DNA of 64,000 nt. Origin: a candidate division WWE3 bacterium (lineage in GTDB: Bacteria; Patescibacteriota; 4484-211; GCA-002791395). Position numbers and translations under genes: made by a program. The first letter of the stretch is position 1, and every line of letters starts with the position of its first letter. The stretch spans positions 10,740 to 74,739 of the forward strand of contig JAAXWF010000004.1 in NCBI GenBank assembly GCA_013335095.1. Direction: 5' to 3'. Of this stretch, positions 8,249 through 16,872 are shown one piece after another. Under the pieces are notes generated by a model. The model did no database searches and was not told where the DNA came from. It saw only the letters and a program-made list of their open reading frames with translations.

Positions 8249-9836
8249 TTTCTAAATCACCTCCCTTCTTTTTTTGCTCATACGGTTTAAAGAACAGTTC
8301 CATTTCAATAATTGAATACAGATATTTACATAAACGAGTTTGGTTACGGTATTTTAGTCCATTCTCTTTGCAATCAGACTTAATAACTTCGGGCAAAATT
8401 AAACCGTACTGTGCCAATACTGAACGTTCTATTAAATCTTGAAGATAGTGTTGGGCGTACCATTGCATACCTTGTTCAAATATTTGTGTAAAAAATTCTT
8501 GCGTTTGTAAGTGAATATACGAATCAGGAAAATTATGATGTTTTTGATATTCATGAAGTAGTCTTTTTTTATCTCGCAGTGATTCAGGCAAACTTCGAGT
8601 AAATTCAACTAACGGAGCATATCCAAACGGCGCAATTGGCCAAATCTTTTGTGAATGGAAAATAGGATTATAGACTCGCTGAGCAGACCGCAAAGAATGA
8701 GGAATCAGCGGTAACGGATACCCCTTTTCGAGTAGAGGCGAATTGATATATTTTTCAATGAGTTCATCTGAGTAAAATATTGGCTTACGATCGTTTGTTC
8801 GTTCTGACTTTACCGAATCGCCCTGAAATCCGACACGCTCATAGTCATCGATTCGAAATAATTCATCGCCTCCAAAGCCAGTAAATAACACACTTACTCC
8901 ACGATCCCGACATTTTTTTGCAAGCCCATTTGTTGGTTCCTGATAGATTTCTAAATAAGGGTTTAGCAGAGATTCGGTATATGGCGAGGGACGTTGGGTC
9001 ATAAACGGATGATGTGCAATATGGGTTAAATTAAATGTTCCCCCAAATTGCTCAACAAAATCTTGTAACCGGTTTATTTGAGAGTCATATTGTGGTGGTG
9101 GCTGAATTAATGAGAATAAGTCGACTTTTTTATTCTGTTTTAGTAATAACCGATGCGCCACGGTTGAGCTGTCCATTCCCCCACTTAGTCCCGCACCGAT
9201 AGTTAATGGATTGGAGATGTGTGGTAAAAATCGTTGTAACGATTCATCTAAAAGTTGAGTAAATGTTGCCAGAAAATCGTTATGATTCGTTGTCTGTTTA
9301 GGTTGATCGATTTGTTGAGGAATGTATTTTTTACGCACAGTACCATTGCGAACTTCTAATGTAGCGTTTTCGTTTAGTGTGTATATGTTTTCTAGGATGG
9401 TTTCATCTGAGATGTGGCTCGTCCACATGAGGTGTTCAATTATCATGGGTATGTTTGGTTCGGGGAGTTCTTGGATAGGAATGCAGTTTATGAGAGCCAG
9501 GAAGTTATTCGATGCATACAATGTTGTGGGTGTATCGTAATAGTAGAGCATCATTGCTCCGGTAGGATCAGGGTTTATAACACATGTGTCTTCTTGAATC
9601 TCTACCTGTAGTGAATTGAATTTGTTCCCATAACAATAGCCGCAGGTGATGTATGTTTTATCATCGGTTACAACGTTGGTCGATGGATATTCAAAATGCT
9701 CAAAACGAATATTGCTATGTGTAGACTTTAGTATTGTTTCTGTCGGCGTATTAAAAATAGTCCAAGAGAGGATGTTAGAAAGATCATCTTTCTGGAGTTG
9801 AACAAGCACCTGGGAATCATCAACCAGACACTGCAT
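8193..9836 (-). CDS. Asparagine synthetase-like / lasso cyclase-like ATP-dependent enzyme
   Basis: PP-loop LSGGMDS, LFTGFGGDELF, DPTG..LYY in a degenerate Ntn domain with no canonical MCGI start. Confidence 0.88.
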   Translation of the reverse strand: MQCLVDDSQVLVQLQKDDLSNILSWTIFNTPTETILKSTHSNIRFEHFEYPSTNVVTDDKTYITCGYCYGNKFNSLQVEIQEDTCVINPDPTGAMMLYYYDTPTTLYASNNFLALINCIPIQELPEPNIPMIIEHLMWTSHISDETILENIYTLNENATLEVRNGTVRKKYIPQQIDQPKQTTNHNDFLATFTQLLDESLQRFLPHISNPLTIGAGLSGGMDSSTVAHRLLLKQNKKVDLFSLIQPPPQYDSQINRLQDFVEQFGGTFNLTHIAHHPFMTQRPSPYTESLLNPYLEIYQEPTNGLAKKCRDRGVSVLFTGFGGDELFRIDDYERVGFQGDSVKSERTNDRKPIFYSDELIEKYINSPLLEKGYPLPLIPHSLRSAQRVYNPIFHSQKIWPIAPFGYAPLVEFTRSLPESLRDKKRLLHEYQKHHNFPDSYIHLQTQEFFTQIFEQGMQWYAQHYLQDLIERSVLAQYGLILPEVIKSDCKENGLKYRNQTRLCKYLYSIIEMELFFKPYEQKKKGGDLENDRYKSIRASESYQRRYL

Positions 9837-9837
9837 A
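9735..9837. repeat. Direct repeat B, copy 1 (103 bp, 5' end of the cyclase-like gene)
   Basis: Matches 11345..11447 with 4 mismatches. Confidence 0.97.
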
Positions 9838-10080
9838 TACGAATAAATATACCTTATTGTTAAAAAGAGTCAAAGAAGATTCAGTGGTTGGGTTCATTGA
9901 TTTACGTATAGATTGCAATACAGCAGAATATACTCGTGTTACGTAATACGCATCTATCATATTTTAAATACTTCATCTGGATAAAGAGTTTGTTTCATTT
10001 TGCAAAGACGAACATCCACACGTAGTATTTCCTTAGATATTTCGCAATGCGGGAGCTCACACTCGTGCATAACACCAAGC

Positions 10081-10111
10081 TTGACATACGGTGCAATCGA
10101 GGAGATATAAT
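10081..10111 (+). promoter_or_regulatory. Sigma70-type promoter
   Basis: TTGACA-19 nt-TATAAT, consensus boxes with a long spacer. Confidence 0.6.
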
Positions 10112-10159
10112 ACTTTGACTTTCTGCAAGAATGGATGCTCCACGAAGGAGGTGTTTGCC

Positions 10160-10222
10160 TTGGGGAAGAAGTCGAGACCCGGTTCTGGTAAGGGCAGTGG
10201 TAAGAAGGGCGGTCGGAAGTAG
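10160..10222 (+). CDS. Putative 20-aa Gly/Lys-rich peptide MGKKSRPGSGKGSGKKGGRK
   Basis: SD AAGGAGGTG 6 nt before TTG, promoter upstream, terminator downstream. Confidence 0.6.
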   Translation: MGKKSRPGSGKGSGKKGGRK

Positions 10223-10238
10223 CCCTGAACGCGAAACC

Positions 10239-10273
10239 GCTGGAGATACCTATTGCAGGTATCTCCAGCTTTT
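10239..10273 (+). terminator. Intrinsic terminator
   Basis: 13-bp perfect stem GCTGGAGATACCT/AGGTATCTCCAGC followed by TTTT. Confidence 0.9.
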
Positions 10274-10277
10274 AATT

Positions 10278-11249
10278 ATGACTCAAAAGACTCTTACACG
10301 TCGTAAAAATATATTTCTTTCACTTACAACCGAAGCATTCCCTGATGATTTAATCGAAGAATTGCAATCTACGTATACGTCTCTTCAGACAAAACAAAAA
10401 AACTTAATATTATATAAACAGAACATTGCTCGGATGCACGTAGCATTTTCCAATTTAGTACATGCTCGTAATCAATACGCGAGGGAAAATGGATTCGATA
10501 ATTATTTTCTTTATAAACTCGAAGAATACGGCGTTCCTCCCTCTTTGTTCAAAAAGTGGACGTTAGATTTCGGTCAAAAACGTGCTGAGCATGTTCAAAA
10601 ACTATTAACTCCATATATTCCAGATCAACTACCGATTGGGTTTTGGACTGAATATAATATCCCCGATATAAGTAGATTATATGAAGACATAACGATTCCA
10701 TCTCGAGAAGCTATTTATGAGCAGCTCATTCAAAATGATAACGAATATAGCCGCTACACCTCTCGGATTATCCATAAAGAACATGATAGTTTCATTCCGA
10801 TTGCAGAGTACGATTTACGAAGCAAAAAAGCCATAATCACGATGAAGTCATCCCACCAATTAGAGCACGCGGTACTTTACGCCCATGAACTAGGTCATGC
10901 GGTCACATTTTTAAAACTCATGGACAAACAAGATGATATAGAAAAGCAAAAAGATTACTGGCATGAACAACAGGCATTCGCGATGGAAAGTAGATTTGTA
11001 AACTCTTTACCGCCAAAGGAGCGGCAGCTCGCACAAGAAAAAAGCCTTTACTATCACTTACGCGCCTGGTTCGAATATGCCATATACTCAGATACCTCAC
11101 AAGATTTATCAGATTTATATGCTAAAGCACACCAAACATATTATTGGGGGCAGCAGACCCACAATCCTTTTTACGTACTCGATCCTATGTTTATTACATT
11201 CCCGTGCTACAGCATTATTTATGCGGTTCTGGATCTGCAAGAAGAGTAA
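10278..11249 (+). CDS. Zinc metallopeptidase, M3/oligoendopeptidase F-like (short)
   Basis: LVHARNQYARENGFDNY, HELGH, downstream E..A..ME, and YSIIY. Start moved downstream of the terminator. Confidence 0.78.
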   Translation: MTQKTLTRRKNIFLSLTTEAFPDDLIEELQSTYTSLQTKQKNLILYKQNIARMHVAFSNLVHARNQYARENGFDNYFLYKLEEYGVPPSLFKKWTLDFGQKRAEHVQKLLTPYIPDQLPIGFWTEYNIPDISRLYEDITIPSREAIYEQLIQNDNEYSRYTSRIIHKEHDSFIPIAEYDLRSKKAIITMKSSHQLEHAVLYAHELGHAVTFLKLMDKQDDIEKQKDYWHEQQAFAMESRFVNSLPPKERQLAQEKSLYYHLRAWFEYAIYSDTSQDLSDLYAKAHQTYYWGQQTHNPFYVLDPMFITFPCYSIIYAVLDLQEE

Positions 11250-11305
11250 ATCAACAATGTATTCTAAATGGAAATCCGGTACACACTGCCCCCAAAAATT
11301 CACCA

Positions 11306-11446
11306 CTACAGGTAAACGTTGAACTGAGAGTGCCGGCATTGTGCTGTTTCTGTCGGCGTATTTACAATAGTCCAAGAGAGGATGTTAGAAAGATCATCTT
11401 TCCAGAGTTGAACAAGCACCTGGGAATCATCAACCAGACACTGCAT
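11306..11446 (-). pseudogene. Truncated copy of the cyclase-like gene N-terminus (46 codons)
   Basis: MQCLVDDSQVLVQLWKDDLSNILSWTIVNTPTET then diverges and stops. Confidence 0.8.
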
Positions 11447-11447
11447 A
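11345..11447. repeat. Direct repeat B, copy 2
   Basis: Matches 9735..9837. Confidence 0.97.
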
Positions 11448-11551
11448 CAATTAAATATACGCAGTTATTTATTCATGTCAATTAATAATAATTCATAGGA
11501 TAAGGAAACCTGGCACAAACTACCATTCGTATAAAGAGGAATTTTGAACTA

Positions 11552-12040
11552 TTATTTTTCCAATATCTTTTTGAGTTGATCGATTACGGCTTTTTCCCAA
11601 AATTTCATTGAATACCACCGAATTAATGGCACTGCAATAATTTTTAACAACTTTTTATGGATAGTGACCTGGTAGGTATAGTCAACCAACGTACCATCAT
11701 CGTGTTTAGTTAATAGCAATTCTTCATGGCCCGAGGTCCCGAACTGATAACTATCATTATCAGAAATAAACCCCTTACCCGGAAGTATTTGGGTGTTCAT
11801 CTTCACCTTGAAGTCTTTACCAAAAGAGCTCACGGTTGCTTCCATTTCGACATAATCACCCTCTCGTTTATTGATTTGAATAGCTTGTGCGACCTTTGGG
11901 AAATGCACCGGAAATTTTTCAAAATCGGTCATAATACTAAACACATCGTCTAGTGGTGCTTTAATGACCCATTGATTGTGAAGCGTAATCTCGTTAATAG
12001 ATAAAATAGTACAAAATAATCCGCAAAATAACAAACCCAA
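11552..12040 (-). CDS. SRPBCC / polyketide cyclase-like family protein (start uncertain)
   Basis: I.APLDDVF..MTDFEKFP..FP motif. Confidence 0.85.
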   Translation of the reverse strand: MGLLFCGLFCTILSINEITLHNQWVIKAPLDDVFSIMTDFEKFPVHFPKVAQAIQINKREGDYVEMEATVSSFGKDFKVKMNTQILPGKGFISDNDSYQFGTSGHEELLLTKHDDGTLVDYTYQVTIHKKLLKIIAVPLIRWYSMKFWEKAVIDQLKKILEK

Positions 12041-12278
12041 CCCATAATCTATTAAAAAACGATTCTTCTTGAATAGGAAAAATAAAAGGAAACTGAGAAA
12101 TGTTGGCTGAGCAATAGGGTTTAGACCTTTCGGAATCTTTGGATATTCCCCAAGATCAAAACGAGAATTAGTTAGTGAACTTTTTATCAGACGTACATTT
12201 GCAAGAATACTTGAGTATTGATCAATGTACTTTGCGAAGTATATCTCACAACGATATAATTCTCACATAATCCTATAT

Positions 12279-12644
12279 ATGAATATGGAGTATCCAAAAT
12301 TTGAATTTTATAAAATAACAATTGTAAGTCCTTCTGATAAAGTTCTGTCCAAGTCAAATAAAAAATTTGATTCAGGAGAAAATTTTACTGTTGAAGAGTC
12401 TATATGGTTTTGGAGGCCAACTCACGATATTGAAGTATTGAATTTCGCTGGGGAAAATGGCTGGGAAATACGGGCCGTTACGAGTAAGGAAACGAATGAA
12501 GGTATCGAAGATACTTACTTTCTTCAAAGAAACAATATGCATCCAAATTTTGGGAAACTAACGTTCAATGAAGAGTATCACGAGAGTGCGCTTTATAAAG
12601 AGCATGAAAGGCTAAGAGCTGAATTGAGAAATAGAAAGAAGTAG
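12279..12644 (+). CDS. DUF4177-like hypothetical protein
   Basis: FEFYKI..., LNFAGENGWEIRAV, YFLQR pattern. Confidence 0.6.
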   Translation: MNMEYPKFEFYKITIVSPSDKVLSKSNKKFDSGENFTVEESIWFWRPTHDIEVLNFAGENGWEIRAVTSKETNEGIEDTYFLQRNNMHPNFGKLTFNEEYHESALYKEHERLRAELRNRKK

Positions 12645-12911
12645 TCTAGTCGGCCTCGACCGTTATATATTCACTGGTTCCTAATCCGTACACATACCTT
12701 TTGAATAAATTATTAGTATCTCTAATCTTAGAACCTAAATTGGTGATATCAAAGACTTAATTTATTTTGTAAAATTTGACATCAAACCGTGAAAGGGTAA
12801 AACCAGTGGTCTCATTAGTGTATTTGATCGGTTCGCATGCTGGTCTGGCTGCGCACTGTTGACGAAGTTCGTAATTATTTTCGAGAAAAACTATTGCTTC
12901 ATAATCCCACT

Positions 12912-13739
12912 CTAATTCTTAAAACGCCATAGCTCATGCGGCTTATTTAAAGCAGCACATAATACAGGGTAGGCCGTATCAGTGGTGACTATGGTTTGAC
13001 CTATTGGTGCATCAATCGCAATAACTGCATCTGCAATACCACGACTAGGATTATGTCGGTCCGCTTTATCAAGGTTATTAAATATTTCTTCAATACTTTC
13101 TTTAATTCTAGGTAGCTGTTGGTTTTGTTTAAGGGTTTTAGGGTTTTTATTTAAAAACTCAATAATTGCATTAAAATGAGGTTTGTGTTGTTGAAAGAAA
13201 TCTTTCAGGTTTACAAATGTGTTGTCTTTACATATATTTTCGTACTCTTTAAAATCTGTTATGCCTTTCAGGTTGTATTTAACAACTTCATTTTGGCTAA
13301 AGTTACCCACTAATTTCTTCACATCCCCCATAAATGCTACAAGTGCCCACTCGATAATGACTTCAACATCTGCTAGTGCATTTTCATAATCTGTGGAAAT
13401 TGAGCCGTGAACCTTTGTCCATAAGGATGTCAGAATGTTAGTGTAATTTTGTATCCTTCCATGTTTATTAGATAAGAGGCCAAAGGCTCTAGAAACATCG
13501 CGTTCTATCCGTAAAAGAGAATGAAACTTAATTAATGAACCAATAAACCCTGTCTTATATTCGTATAAAACGTAGTGAGAAGAATAAAGCTCACCCTGAT
13601 CTTTCAATCGTGCAATTTCATCCTGGACGTTCTTATCCCATAATTTACGAATCTGTATAGTATTTTCAAGTAAAAATTGAGACTTGTGTTTAACCTCTAT
13701 TTTGGTATTTTTCTTTCTTTTGAATTTATTCATGCGCAA
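12912..13739 (-). CDS. PIN-domain-like protein (putative RNase toxin)
   Basis: N-terminal FLLENT, YVLYEY, and C-terminal IADAVIAI...IVTTD pattern. Confidence 0.6.
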   Translation of the reverse strand: MRMNKFKRKKNTKIEVKHKSQFLLENTIQIRKLWDKNVQDEIARLKDQGELYSSHYVLYEYKTGFIGSLIKFHSLLRIERDVSRAFGLLSNKHGRIQNYTNILTSLWTKVHGSISTDYENALADVEVIIEWALVAFMGDVKKLVGNFSQNEVVKYNLKGITDFKEYENICKDNTFVNLKDFFQQHKPHFNAIIEFLNKNPKTLKQNQQLPRIKESIEEIFNNLDKADRHNPSRGIADAVIAIDAPIGQTIVTTDTAYPVLCAALNKPHELWRFKN

Positions 13740-13748
13740 TCTGAAAGT

Positions 13749-14366
13749 TTATGTCTTCAGGGGGGAGATACCAATTGAGTAAATCGTATTGTAAAAATTG
13801 TCCAACCGATCAGAATTTATATACTTTCCATCCAATGACTCCAGCGACCATCTAAGCTTTACGAGCTTCTCTTGTGTCAGTTCTGCCCAGTTGTAATTTT
13901 TAAAAATCAATCTCAACGCCGATATAAATTTGAAATAGTCCCTATTTGATTTAAAAACAGCGGCATCTTTTTCAATTAAATCTCTAATATTTGCTATATT
14001 TGTAAGGGCATCCTCTACGGGTTTGTCTTCCCATTGGAGTAATTCATCCACTATGCTTCGCAGCATTATATCTGCTGTATATTGAATAAAAGTATTAGTG
14101 TAAGAGGCTTCGGGTATGTATTGATCATAGATTGGCGTTTTAACATGCTGTTGATCCGTCGAATAAACATTTCCTTCTTCGGAACTAACTTTTAGACTCA
14201 CTTGATCAATTGTTTTTAAACTACTAGACCTATCCCCATATTTTTTGGTATAACCCTCCCCAATCTTTAATCCAGTTGTAAAGTCGTCCTCAATACTTCC
14301 TGTCAGTTCCTGGATCACTGCAATGTTTTGTGCAATATCTTTAGTGTAGTTATCTACAGTTAACAT
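13749..14366 (-). CDS. Hypothetical protein (middle gene of the three-gene operon)
   Basis: 205 aa, abuts the upstream stop codon, polar N-half and helical C-half. Confidence 0.75.
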   Translation of the reverse strand: MLTVDNYTKDIAQNIAVIQELTGSIEDDFTTGLKIGEGYTKKYGDRSSSLKTIDQVSLKVSSEEGNVYSTDQQHVKTPIYDQYIPEASYTNTFIQYTADIMLRSIVDELLQWEDKPVEDALTNIANIRDLIEKDAAVFKSNRDYFKFISALRLIFKNYNWAELTQEKLVKLRWSLESLDGKYINSDRLDNFYNTIYSIGISPLKT

Positions 14367-15071
14367 TTATTTACCGGTATTTAAGTATTCGAAATATGAA
14401 TTTAATGTTGATTCAGCAATTTTAGCGCTTTCCTGAAGTTTTTCTATCGTGTTATTTGGTTCTATATCTTTTGTTAGACCAATATCTAAATCAATAAATA
14501 AATTAGCGTCTTTTACTGCCCCATCCTCAACATCAAAGTTAGGCTTAAAGTACCGCTCTAATTCTGTGTGTCTTAAGGGACCTATTTGCAAATGTTTTTT
14601 ATACTCGCCTTCTCGTTGATCTAGAACAAACGCTAAATCAGTTACTCCTGCTGTAATTGATACAAGTTTTTCGTTTTGTGAATACAAAGAATCTTGGAGA
14701 ATAGAGACTAATTCTTCAAATTTAAAATTGCTTGCATAAACGGATACAATTCGTGTCCCTAGTCGTCGTATTTCCTTTGGCGGTGATATAGTTACTATAT
14801 GTTCCCAAATATCGTTACAATCCTTCTGGGCTGATTCGATTTGATAATCTCCTTCTGAAATTGAACTAATCATGCCAGCAGTAATGTTAAAAATTGTTTT
14901 ATCTGAGGGCGTATAAAGAACTATATCCCCATGCGTATTTGTTTGCCACTCACCATAACGGTTTTCTAATACAGATCCGATTCCTGCCCTTTCACCAAAA
15001 ATTTCCAGTGTAGGACGGTAATTTATCTGCAATACTCTTTTTTGTAGTTTTAGCTCAAATTTTGCTTTCAT
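14367..15071 (-). CDS. TIGR04255-like protein
   Basis: VLQINY N-terminal strand, IRRLGTR, C-terminal LFIDLDI, about 230 aa. Confidence 0.6.
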   Translation of the reverse strand: MKAKFELKLQKRVLQINYRPTLEIFGERAGIGSVLENRYGEWQTNTHGDIVLYTPSDKTIFNITAGMISSISEGDYQIESAQKDCNDIWEHIVTISPPKEIRRLGTRIVSVYASNFKFEELVSILQDSLYSQNEKLVSITAGVTDLAFVLDQREGEYKKHLQIGPLRHTELERYFKPNFDVEDGAVKDANLFIDLDIGLTKDIEPNNTIEKLQESAKIAESTLNSYFEYLNTGK

Positions 15072-15192
15072 AAAAGGCTATTGCGAATTATAACACTTTT
15101 GGTGAATATTTCTAATTGAAAACGGTTAGAAAACATTAATAATATCTATCTTAACAAATTTGTTGATATTCGGTAAGAGAATAAGAAAACCT

Positions 15193-15405
15193 TTATCTAA
15201 GCTCTGAAAGATTAATACGAAGACCCTTTTTAAGCAAACAGCCGTTGACGGAGTGTATAAAGTTCTCGAATTCAGCATCAGGTTGTTCCGGCCCAACTTC
15301 CTTCATGTTTTCGAGTTTTATAACTCGACTTGCCAGCTGTTTTATTCTTGCAGCAGTAAAACTGCAGGTATTTGAGATACTATCCCAAGCGAGATTATCA
15401 CGCAA
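15193..15405 (-). CDS. Short hypothetical ORF or gene remnant
   Basis: 70-aa ORF only. Confidence 0.3.
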   Translation of the reverse strand: MRDNLAWDSISNTCSFTAARIKQLASRVIKLENMKEVGPEQPDAEFENFIHSVNGCLLKKGLRINLSELR

Positions 15406-15624
15406 CGATAATTAGAGTTAAACAGGTTTCGTCATTCACGAATACAACAGCTGGATATTTTAAGACTTGGATTTCGTTTAGCGGAATGATGTACAAAGTG
15501 TTAATTATCGATGTATTCCGAAATGTAAAAAAAACGAATTAAAAGAAGTCCGATAAATTGCAACGTGGTACTAAGCTTGAATAGGTTATCATTGAGAGTA
15601 TTCTTTTGAATGATATGTACTTGA

Positions 15625-15698
15625 TGGCTGCCGGGCAGGGACTCGAACCCCAATACTACGGACCAAAACCGCATGTCCTACCATTAGACGACCCGGCA
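15625..15698 (-). tRNA. tRNA-Gln (UUG)
   Basis: TGCCGGG/CCCGGCA acceptor stem, anticodon loop TT-TTG-GT, GTTCGAGTC T-loop, encoded CCA. Confidence 0.97.
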
Positions 15699-15828
15699 AC
15701 GTAAGGGTAATCTGCGTCCCCTATTGTACCATCTCAAGCCAACTGAAAACACCCCTCTATCGCCCCAAACCCCACCAAACCATAAATACAATCTTGCCAA
15801 AAAAACACAAACAGACTATCGTATACGC

Positions 15829-16854
15829 ATGACGTACCTCATAACCGGAGGCTGTGGATTCATTGGCACCAACTTTGCTGAACAACTCTTAAAACGCGGT
15901 GAAAAAGTCATCCTCACCGACAACCTATCCCGACGAGGAACCCCGTCAAACCTAACCTACTTACAAGAAAAATACCCACTCGTAGAATTTGTCCATGCCG
16001 ACCTTCGCAACGACCTTGAAACTCTCCAACAACTCGTCGAAAAAGTCGACGTCGTATACCACCTTGCCGGACAAGTCGCCGTCACCACATCAGTAGTCAA
16101 ACCTCGTGAAGACTTTGAAATCAACATCTTGGGAACCTTCAACATCCTCGAAGCCATTCGAGAATCAGAAAAACGACCAATGATCATCTACTCATCAACC
16201 AACAAAGTCTATGGCGGCATGGAAGACATCATCGTCGAAGAAACTGAAAACCGCTACCAGTACAAAGACCTACCCCTTGGAATACCCGAAAACAGACTAC
16301 TCGACTTCCACTCGCCCTACGGATGCTCCAAAGGTGCAGCCGATCAATACATACGCGACTACAGCCGAATCTACAACATCAAATCAGTTGTCATGCGACA
16401 ATCCTGCATATATGGAGAACGCCAATTTGGAATCGAAGACCAGGGATGGGTTGCATGGTTCACCATCGCCAGCGTACTCGGCAAATCCATCACAATCTAT
16501 GGAAACGGCAAACAAGTACGTGACGTGCTGCATGTCGAAGACTTATTCAATGCCTGGGATATCGCCACAAAAAATATCGATACTGTATCCGGTACTATTT
16601 ATAACGTCGGCGGTGGTCCAGAGCACACCATGTCTTTATTAGAACTCATTGACTACATCGAAAACCTCATTGGGCATAAACTCACCTACACCTTTAGCGA
16701 CTGGAGACCAGGAGATCAGCCGGTATACGTATCAGACATCACCAAAGCCGAAACCGAACTAAACTGGAAACCCAAGATCACTCCACGCCAAGGTGTTGAA
16801 CAACTGTATTACTGGGTAACTGAAAATAAACACTTATTTGATTTTCTCAAGTAA
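15829..16854 (+). CDS. NAD-dependent epimerase/dehydratase (CDP-paratose 2-epimerase-like)
   Basis: ITGGCGFIG, SSTNKVYG, YGCSK, RQSCIYG, WRPGDQ. Confidence 0.93.
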   Translation: MTYLITGGCGFIGTNFAEQLLKRGEKVILTDNLSRRGTPSNLTYLQEKYPLVEFVHADLRNDLETLQQLVEKVDVVYHLAGQVAVTTSVVKPREDFEINILGTFNILEAIRESEKRPMIIYSSTNKVYGGMEDIIVEETENRYQYKDLPLGIPENRLLDFHSPYGCSKGAADQYIRDYSRIYNIKSVVMRQSCIYGERQFGIEDQGWVAWFTIASVLGKSITIYGNGKQVRDVLHVEDLFNAWDIATKNIDTVSGTIYNVGGGPEHTMSLLELIDYIENLIGHKLTYTFSDWRPGDQPVYVSDITKAETELNWKPKITPRQGVEQLYYWVTENKHLFDFLK

Positions 16855-16872
16855 GTTGATAAGATAAAAGTA

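Larger units (their letters stand above)
12846..15631. mobile_element. Putative small genomic islet at the tRNA-Gln 3' end (no integrase seen)
   Basis: AT-rich block bounded by TGGCTGC at 12846 and at 15625 (the tRNA CCA end). Confidence 0.45.

Noticed and set aside
9955-10070. 37-codon minus-strand ORF upstream of the cyclase-like gene as a possible RRE or precursor
   Set aside because: No SD, too short for a PqqD fold, and no leader motif.
10131-10277. N-terminal extension of the peptidase ORF given in the track
   Set aside because: It crosses a strong terminator and overlaps an SD-led micro-ORF in another frame. ATG 10278 is the more plausible start.
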